A DNA stretch of 63,519 nucleotides, filler included, from Octopus bimaculoides (Eukaryota), in the NCBI RefSeq assembly GCF_001194135.2. It is 3 parts of 3 records of this genome, joined end to end, with 100 filler letters (N's around TTAATTAATTAA, not from the genome) between each part and the next. Parts side by side here need not be neighbours in the genome. Positions count along the whole stretch, not along the records: positions 44,571 to 63,519 come from NC_068987.1; 2 more parts are not named here. One strand, given 5' to 3'. Under the pieces are notes generated by a model that saw only the letters and a list, made by a program, of their open reading frames with translations, was not told the origin of the DNA and did not search any database. The position numbers and the translations under genes were made by a program. The number at the start of each line of letters is the position of its first letter. The stretch's first letter is position 1. This document shows positions 53,701 through 63,519 of the stretch, one piece after another.

Positions 53701-54554
53701 AACTCCACTAAAGTGGAGTTTAACAGCAACATGTGGTATCTAAAGTGCCACATGTTGCTATGAAATGAAGCAATGAATTATGTCTTCCTCCAAAGTAGAC
53801 CAGGGTAGGATTTGAAGTCAAAGCAAAGAACTGAGACAAACATTTCAAAGCATGTATACATGTATGCATGCATTTATGCATACATACATGCAAACATGCA
53901 TGCATGAATGAATGAATGAGAGAACAACAAGANNNNNNNNNNNNNNNNNNNNNNNNNNNNNNNNNNNNNNNNNNNNNNNNNNNNNNNNNNNNNNNNNNNN
54001 NNNNNNNNNNNNNNNNNNNNNNNNNNNNNNNNATACATGCAAACATGCATGCATGAATGAATGAATGAGAGAACAACAAGAAGCATGAATTTGGTATTTT
54101 GTGTCTTTCATATCCATCACTATCATTTCAGCAATTGATAATCAAGATCAATGACTAATTACAAATTATGAATTACAACTTATATAAAATATTTTTGAGC
54201 ACATCCATCAAGGACTGCTTCATGTGATGAAGAGTGACAAGAGATGGATAGACAAGTGGGTCAGGGGTGCTTGTATTATGGATTGAACCTGGGATGAACA
54301 TTTGAAAGCAAGGCATGAAAGGAATCACTCCAGAGGACCAATATTCTAGGGAAGAAGGGATGGATATTGAGGTTAGTGCAGAGTAAAGAGGTCAGGGTGG
54401 ACATACCAAAGGTGATGAGAGATGGAGAGATGAATGGGCTAGGAGTGGCTGAATGGTGGATCGAACCAGGAACCTCATGGTTGTGAAGTAAACTTCTTAA
54501 CCACTTAGCCATGTGTGCCTAGATAATGTTACAGTATATAAGTAACATAGATTT

Positions 54555-54745
54555 CAAATTTTGGTTTGAGGGAAACAGTCAATTACATTGACTCCAGTAC
54601 TCAACTGGTATTTATTTTATCATCCCTGGAAGATGAAAGGCAAACTTCACCTCAGTAGAATTTGAACTCAGAATGTAAAGAACTGGAAGAAATGCTGCTA
54701 AGCATTTTGCCCAATGTACTAATGATTCTGTCAGATTGTCACCTT
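54555..54745 (-). mobile_element. SINE family B (another diverged copy at 54965-55090)
   Basis: CAGTACTCAACTGG..GATGAAAGGCAAACTT..GAATTTGAACTCAGAATG. Confidence 0.7.
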
Positions 54746-56439
54746 AATAATGTATAAGAAATATAAATAAAATTTCTTTCTTTTTGCTATCGAGTTGATT
54801 AGTCATTGCTGGTGGTTAGTGTTTTTGCAATGGAATCTATGAATATAAAGAATACAAAAACAGTTTCCTGTTATCTCATTCGGGTATATTTTTACAAGAC
54901 ATCAATCATCTTGTCCACATGATACAGAGAAGTTTGTCCAACTCTAACAACTCTGTCAGTCTACTGCTTTCAACTGGTACTTTATTTTATCAATGTCATA
55001 AGAATGAAAGGTGAAGTTGGATTCAGAACATGGAGAGATGGAACAAATGCCATGAGACGTTTTGCTTGCTGCTCTACTGATTATTCCATTACAGTACCAG
55101 ATTCTCCAGTGATTCCTTTTTTATAGGTGCAGGCATGGCCGTATGGTTAAGAAGTATGGCATCTTCGGCAAGTGTCTTCTGCCAAGGCCCAGTGTTGACT
55201 AATGCCCTTTGAGCAAAGCACTTCATTTCACGTTGTTCCAGTCCACTTAGTTGGCAAAAATGAGTAATCTTGTGATAGAACAGTGTTCTGTCCAGGTCGA
55301 GAATATATATGCCATGGAAACCAGGAAACTGGCCCTTATGAGTTGGCATGACTCGAGAACAGGAATCTTTACCTTTTTTTATTTTTGAGTGAGTTTAGTG
55401 GGGGAAAGCTGAGTGAAAGCCCATATNNNNNNNNNNNNNNNNNNNNNNNNNNNNNNNNNNNNNNNNNNNNNNNNNNNNNNNNNNNNNNNNNNNNNNNNNN
55501 NNNNNNNNNNNNNNNNNNNNNNNNNNNNNNNNNNNNNNNNNNNNNNNNNNNNNNNNNNNNNNNNNNNNNNNNNNNNNNNNNNNNNNNNNNNNNNNGAGTG
55601 ACTAAGTGTGTGTAGTGTATGGTGTGTATGTATGTGTGTGTGTGTGTGTGTCTGTACGTTTGTGTTTGTACCTTACTGTTTGACAATTGATGTTGGTTTG
55701 TTTACATCCCCATAACTTAACTGTACAGTAAAAGAGACTTAAAAAATAAGTAAAGGGGTTGATTTGTTTGACTAAACTCTTCAGGTGGTGCCCCAGCATG
55801 GCCATAATCCAATGACTGAAACAGGTGAAAAGAAAAGATAATTAAGACTTCATTATCTAATATACCACATTTCTTAAGATTGTTGGGTATGATGTGATCT
55901 CAAGGAGATTTGGCTGCTATTTTCATCTTGTCAAGAATCTACATAGAGGCTCTCTCATTTGTTGTGCTGATGTGGATGGGGGTTTGAATACAGGATGTAT
56001 GCAGGGCCAGAAAATGGCGTGGTAACAAACCAAAGAAGACAGGGCTGGGGGTGTAAAAGTGTGTGGGGGAGGTGGGGTGGAATGGCATCTCAAATATAAG
56101 ATGAAGCAGCACTGAAAGGATTTCAATGAGGTCTAAGACAGTATCAAAGTCTTATTTAACCCATTTAAAAACAGGAAAACAAGACATTATAACAATGATG
56201 ATGATGATATTATGAGAATGCTGCTGATGGTGGTGGTAGTGATTGTGGTAATGGTTGTCGTGATGGTGGTGATGAGGATAATGATGATGATAGTGATGGT
56301 AATGGATACAGTGGGAATGATTGTGGTGCCAGTGGTGGTAGTATTGGTGGTGGTGGTGGCAGCATCAGTGGTGGGAGATTGTTGATAATGTTGATAACTA
56401 GTTTATTCTTTTCCCATTTTATTCCTTGTTTGGTCGCAG

Positions 56440-56570
56440 TTGACAATGTCATCATTCTTAAATGTTCGTAATGTTGACAGTGTTATGAAGGTGATAATAA
56501 AGACAGGTTTGTCAAGTCAAGCCAGTTGTCATTCAAAGCACTTCAATAAAGATGGTGGTCTCGGAACCAG
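56440..56570 (+). CDS. Candidate 131-nt exon with a possible start codon (MSSFLNVRNVDSVMKVIIKTGLSSQASCHSKHFNKDGGLGT)
   Basis: A long polypyrimidine tract ending GCAG, donor CAG|GTAAAC, one open frame, and ACAATG at 56446. No homology recognised. Confidence 0.35.
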
Positions 56571-57199
56571 GTAAACAACTTGTTGACATAAAACACACAC
56601 ACACACAGAGTTTAAATCTTTCAGACTCTGGTAACATTTCTTTGAGTTAGCATGACTATCAATTTCCGTAAATTCATTCAACCTTAAATATTCTTATTAA
56701 AATACAAGTTTTTTGACAAGTGTTTGTGTGTGTGTGTTGAAGAACAATTGCACTATGTGTGTGTGGCTGCTGTATATTTAGCTCAAGTTTAACTGAAATG
56801 TAGTAACATTAGTAGCTATTGATCTACCTAAAGTGACACGTTAACATATATAATACAAGTACACAGTCAGAATAAGCAGTCAGACAGATAGATATCAATA
56901 GATAGATGAAGAGATGAACACACACATAGACACACACACAAACATGTACACAAGTCTACATCCCATCATTGTCATATTCACAGTTTTAAATCTCCACTTT
57001 TCCATGCTTGCATGGTTCAGACGAAATTTACTGAGGCAGATTTTGTGTAACTGGATGCCCTTCCTTTCACCAACTCTCATCTGTTCCCGAGCAAGGTAAT
57101 ATTTTCGCATGGCTAGACATGTTTTTCATAGAAGATTGGATGTGAACAATGTTCATTAACAACCATTACATAATGTCATGATAAGGACTATGTATATAT

Positions 57200-58040
<841 letters not shown>

Positions 58041-58618
58041 ATAAAATCTCTGTAAGAGATGACAGCAGTAAATGTACTGGCAAGTAATGTTTGTTGCCAC
58101 TTCAGCATGGCTGTTCCATACAAACAGACATTACTGTAATTTTTTAACCCCAAGAAAACATTTCCTCTAGCTGGTTAACGATGCAACCTGCATCCAATAT
58201 ATTGTAAGCAGGGGAGTGAACCCCTATCACCTTCTAGCGACAAGACCAGCAGACCAGCCTGGTTTTGAGCTATTTTTGCCCATCCTCAGTGCTGGACACC
58301 TATGTATGTATGCATAGCCTGTACGTTCCCTAATCCCCATCACTGCAGGAGTTTGTGAGAGATCCATCCTGTGTTTCACATGAGGTTCCTGTGCATGAAA
58401 TTGCTTTTAGTGAAAAAGGCGTGTGCAGAATTGTCCTCACATTTTAAATAGAGCAGCTTTTCTCCAGGTGGCCCAACATTGGCCAGGATCAACAAGAAGC
58501 AGAACATTCCTCAAGTTTTATATTAGAGTATCCCTCTCTTAGACAGATGTTCTGGAAAGAATTAGTGGTCTATCACTTTCAGGTAGTCATACTGTATATA
58601 CATACACACACAGGCATG

Positions 58619-58656
<38 letters not shown>

Positions 58657-58719
58657 TACATACATAGACATATCCACATCCAGCCATCCATATATTTATA
58701 CATACACACACACAAATCT

Positions 58720-59112
58720 TTTTGTGGTTTTACTTGTTTCAGTCACTGGACTGTGGCCATGCTGAAGCACCGCCTTGAAGAATTTTTAGTCGAAAGAATT
58801 GACCCCAGTACTTATACATTTTTTAAGCCTGGTACTTATTCTATCAATCCCTTATGCCAAACTGCCAAGTTATGGAGATGAAAACACACCGACACCAATT
58901 GTCAAGCAGTGGTGGGGGACAAATACAGACACACACACTCATGCACATGCATACACATATGCACGCACACACACACACTGGGCTTCTTTCTGTTTCTGTC
59001 CAGTTACAAGGCTTTGGTCAGCCTGAAGCCAAAGTAGAAGACACTTGCCCAAAGTGCCACACTGGGACTGTACCCAGAACTATGTGATAGGGAAGCAATC
59101 TTCTTACTACAC
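58720..59112 (-). mobile_element. SINE family A
   Basis: Same tail and body, plus AGACACTTGCCCAAAG (CORE-like motif). Confidence 0.8.
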
Positions 59113-60435
59113 NNNNNNNNNNNNNNNNNNNNNNNNNNNNNNNNNNNNNNNNNNNNNNNNNNNNNNNNNNNNNNNNNNNNNNNNNNNNNNNNNNNNNNNN
59201 NNNNNNNNNNNNNNNNNNNNNNNNNNNNNNNNNNNNNNNNNNNNNNNNNNNNNNNNNNNNNNNNNNNNNNNNNNNNNNNNNNNNNNNNNNNNNNNNNNNN
59301 NNNNNNNNNNNNNNNNNNNNNNNNNNNNNNNNNNNNNNNNNNNNNNNNNNNNNNNNNNNNNNNNNNNNNNNNNNNNNNNNNNNNNNNNNNNNNNNNNNNN
59401 NNNNNNNNNNNNNNNNNNNNNNNNNNNNNNNNNNNNNNNNNNNNNNNNNNNNNNNNNNNNNNNNNNNNNNNNNNNNNNNNNNNNNNNNNNNNNNNNNNNN
59501 NNNNNNNNNNNNNNNNNNNNNNNNNNNNNNNNNNNNNNNNNNNNNNNNNNNNNNNNNNNNNNNNNNNNNNNNNNNNNNNNNNNNNNNNNNNNNNNNNNNN
59601 NNNNNNNNNNNNNNNNNNNNNNNNNNNNNNNNNNNNNNNNNNNNNNNNNNNNNNNNNNNNNNNNNNNNNNNNNNNNNNNNNNNNNNNNNNNNNNNNNNNN
59701 NNNNNNNNNNNNNNNNNACATACATACAACATTCATACACACATACACTAATACATATGCATAACACTTCCATGCATACATACATAAACTTATAGATGCA
59801 CACACACACTCACACACACACACTCAAACACACACAAATACATTCATACACACATACATACACAGACATGCTGGCATACATATCTTCACTTATATATATG
59901 CACACATACATACACAGTCACTCACACATACCTACCTATCAACACACACACACACACTCGCGTGCACACACACACACACGCACGCACCTCCCACATACCA
60001 ATATACATACATGCACACGTATATACACATAAATGATTGTCCCTGATGAGGAAAACACTTAATACCAAAGGCAATCCCTTGCAAAGATGCTTGCTGTGAT
60101 AGCCCAAGCAGAGGATAAGAATTAATAATTCCACATCAGCATGAGAAGGATATAGTCATAGCATATCTCAGTACACAGCTAATCTACAACACTTTTGAAA
60201 TGTTTACAGCTCACTCTTACGTTTTAACTTTTATATCAGATTAGTGCCAGAACTGAACAAGATACCCAAACAAACATGGTAGATGTTCAATGTTACAGAG
60301 AGGCAGAAGAGCCAATAATAGTTCAGTCCTACTGGGCAGCAACTTGGGCAAGTATCTTCTACTCCACTCTAGCCTCAAGTTGACCAATATCTTGTAAGTG
60401 AATTTGATAGATGGAGACTAAGTGGAAGTCTGCTC

Positions 60436-60517
<82 letters not shown>

Positions 60518-60624
60518 GCAAATGAAAGACAGAAGATGGAATATATGAGAATTTATTATTAATCATGACAATTGTTTCAACACATCTAGCATTGATTCCT
60601 CTTGGGTGGGACACTCAACAACTG

Positions 60625-61453
60625 GTGTGGGTTAGCAGTATAGTTTGATGTTTTTGATTCCAACAGTATTGGACCATCTGCAACAAATTGGCATGGTAAA
60701 GAAGCTGGACAAGTGGGTACCACACAAACTGGATGAGCATCAAATGACAAGTCGTCTTGAAACCTGCTGTTCTTTGCTCTCATAGCATAAAAGTGAACTA
60801 TTCTTGCATTGTATTGTCACATGTAATGAAAAATGGATTCTTTTCAACAATAGCAAGTGTTCTGCATAGTGGTTGGACAGAGATGAAGTGCCAAAACACA
60901 ATCCAAAAAAGAATATTCACAAAAAAAAGCCAATGGCGTCTGTTTGGTGGTCCAGCATTGGTGTCATTCACTACAGCTTCATGAGACCTGGTAAGTCAAT
61001 TACAGCAGATGTATACATCAACCAATTGGATGAAATGATGATTGAATTTATAATTAAACAACCAAGATTGGTCAATGGAGACAGGCCAATTCTCTTGCAA
61101 GACTATGCTTGACCACATGTTGCACAAAGAACACAACCTAACTTACTGGAACTGAACTTGGAAGTACTTAGTCAGCCACCATAATTCACCAGACCTTGCA
61201 CCAACTGACTATCATGTTTTCCAGGCATTGGACAACTTTTTGCAAGGAAAATACTTCAAATCTGAAGAAGATGCAAAAACAGCGTTTCGTGATTTCATCA
61301 CCCCTTGCTCTCCAGAATTCTTCGCTGCAGGCATAAATAAGCTACCGATAAAATGGCAAAATTGTGTTGATAATTTAGGTGCATACGTTGATTAACTGCA
61401 TTGCTTTTTGTTGAGATAAAGAAATCGGACATTTCATTCTTAATGACCTAATA
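60625..61453 (+). mobile_element. 5'-truncated mariner relic with its right TIR
   Basis: KLDKWVPHKL, IVTCNEKW, SVWWSSIGVIH, LLQDYA and SPDLAPTDYHVF. Ends GGACATTTCATTCTTAATGACCTAA|TA. Confidence 0.85.
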
Positions 61454-61477
61454 TATATACATTTATGAATTTGTTTT

Positions 61478-61925
61478 GTAAGATTCTTGATGTGAAATAA
61501 TGTGTTGAAACAGATATTGTTATATTTCAGGACGATAATCTTTTTTTTTTACCTGCCAAATAAACACACACACTATATATTTTTTCTTCACTTATTTATT
61601 ATTGTTTTTATTTTATCTCATGCCCATTGTCTGGAAATCTTTCAACACACATCTGTGAACAATATTATTCATGTCCTGATAATACTGCTGATGAGGAAAA
61701 CACTTAATATCCAGGGCAATCCCTTGCAAAGATGCTTGTTGTGATAGCCAAAGCAAAGGATAATATTGTTCTTGTGTCTTTCTGTGTGAAGAGGTCACAG
61801 ATGTGTGATGAAAGATTTCCAGACAATGGACATAAAATAAAATAAGAACAAAAATAAATGAGTGAAGAATTGATATATAGTGTGTGTTGTTGTTTGGCAT
61901 GAAAAAAAATGACCATCCCAAAATA
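61478..61925. repeat. Head-to-head pair of family B-HH repeats around a 95-bp spacer
   Basis: 61478-61666 (-) and 61762-61925 (+) share ACAGATGTGTG.TGAAAGATTTCCAGACAATGG. An HHR-like core lies at 61786-61813. Confidence 0.7.
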
Positions 61926-62260
61926 CATATATGTATATATATATATATATATATNNNNNNNNNNNNNNNNNNNNNNNNNNNNNNNNNNNNNNNNNNNNNN
62001 NNNNNNNNNNNNNNNNNNTAGGGATAAAAATCTTTTAGAAGAATTTTATCAGGAAGCCAGTGTGTAAAAAAATTCATAAGGGAAATTTCTATTCCCAAGA
62101 ATATAATTATTCGTTTATATTTATATAAGGGGCATTACTACATAATAATGCCACACACACATATATATATACACACACAGAGTAGTACCTCGGTTTTCGA
62201 ATGCCTCTGATCATGAATAATTCATGCTTTATCTTCTGTCTTTTTCATATTCATTTAATA

Positions 62261-62374
62261 CAGTAGTACCTTGGTTTACGAATGCTTTAGAAAATGAATA
62301 AATCATGCTTTATGTATATATATAAAGCACGGTTTATTTGTGATCAGAGGTGTTCGAAAACCGAGGTACCACTG
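62261..62374. mobile_element. Tigger/pogo-like MITE, with a solo duplicate left end at 62181-62231
   Basis: TA|CAGTAGTACCTTGGTTTACG...CGAAAACCGAGGTACCACTG|TA. Confidence 0.75.
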
Positions 62375-62399
62375 TATATATAAAAATATATATGCATCT

Positions 62400-62875
62400 T
62401 TTATCTTCTATCTTTCACTTGTTTCAATCATTAGACTGCAGCCATGCAGGAGTACCACCTTGAAGAATTTTTAGTCAAATAAATTGACCCCAGTATCTGT
62501 TTAAGACTGGTACTTATTTTATTGATTTTTTTTTTTTGCTGAACTGCTATGTTATGGAGATATAAACGCACACACACACACACACACATGCATGCACATG
62601 TATACGACAGGCTTCTTTCAGTTTCCCTCTCCCAAATCCACTCACAAAGCTTTGGTCGACCCAAGTGATAATGTAATTAATTATATTTATTTCAAGTTTA
62701 CATTTACACATGCATTCAGTGTACATGTACTTTAGTCACAAGAAAAAACTATTTGCTTAGCACAAGATTTTTGTGCATACTGACTCATAAAAGTTTTAAA
62801 GGAAGAAGATATTTGGAACCTCAAGCCATGTGGTTGGGAAGCAAGCTTCTTATCACACAACCACACATGTGCCTA
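62400..62875 (-). mobile_element. SINE family A
   Basis: Tail and head motifs as at 500-930. Confidence 0.75.
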
Positions 62876-62919
62876 TATATATATATATGTATATATATAT
62901 TTGACAGGAGTGCCAACAA

Positions 62920-63131
62920 AAGAAAGAAAGAGACCTCGATATTATGCAAATAGAGGAATTTATCTGTAAAAATATGTGACACTTATTCTGTAGCCATGAT
63001 AAGGAATTTTCACAGGAATTTTCAATGGCCGGATAACTGAAGAGATGTTGGCATGGACCCCCCCACCCTGACATCCGAAACTCAGAGTTTTATCATGGCT
63101 ACTGAATAAGTGTCACATATTTTTACAGATA
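62920..63131 (+). ncRNA. Family A-HH hammerhead (63032-63094) with an upstream inverted copy of its 3' product
   Basis: GATAA-CTGAAGA-GATGTTGG..CTGACATC-C-GAAA-CTC-A-GAGT-T-TTATC. 62920-63002 is the reverse complement of the family's downstream segment (63090-63131, continued in the 3717-3793 copy). Confidence 0.75.
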
Positions 63132-63519
63132 TACATATATATATATATATATATAAAATATATGTCTAATGATGATGATGTGTGTGTATATATGTATATG
63201 TTTGTGCGTGTATATATATATATATATATACGTACATGTATATGTGAGCAGACCTATGCATGCGTGCGTGCATGTGTGTATGCATGTCTTTGTGTTTTTC
63301 ACATACACCCATTGCTTGACAACTGTTGTCAGTTTGTTTACATTCTTCAAACTAAGTGGTTTGGAAAAAAGACTTTAAAAATGAGTACTTGAGTGAATTT
63401 GATTGACTAAATTCTTTAAAGCCATGTCCCAGCATGGTTGCTGGCCAATGACTGAAACATGTTAAAGAAACATACAAGATTATATTCTGTTGTTTAGCCA
63501 GCTGTATATCAACCTTGAT

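Overview
AT-rich animal genomic DNA from a draft scaffold with many N gaps. It is most likely octopus or another cephalopod, inferred from the SINE families and the microsatellite load; this was not confirmed by any search. I found no complete protein-coding gene, rRNA, true tRNA or CRISPR array. Most long ORFs in the track are translations of microsatellites or Ns. The window is a graveyard of transposable elements: several tRNA-derived SINE families, decayed RTE LINEs, an RLE-type LINE tail, a Penelope-like element (PLE), a Ty3/gypsy gag relic, five to six mariner relics, Helitron pieces and MITEs. A few candidate host exons are weakly supported. The main discovery is a set of hammerhead-ribozyme (HHR) motifs belonging to about four unrelated short repeat families, plus one degenerate derivative. 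One sits at the 3' end of the PLE. In another family an inverted copy begins exactly at the predicted self-cleavage site. Other notable features are a 204-bp near-perfect palindrome, an RTE relic scrambled by inversions, and a SINE that shares its 3' tail with an RTE LINE. All coordinates and structures were read by eye, and element edges are approximate.
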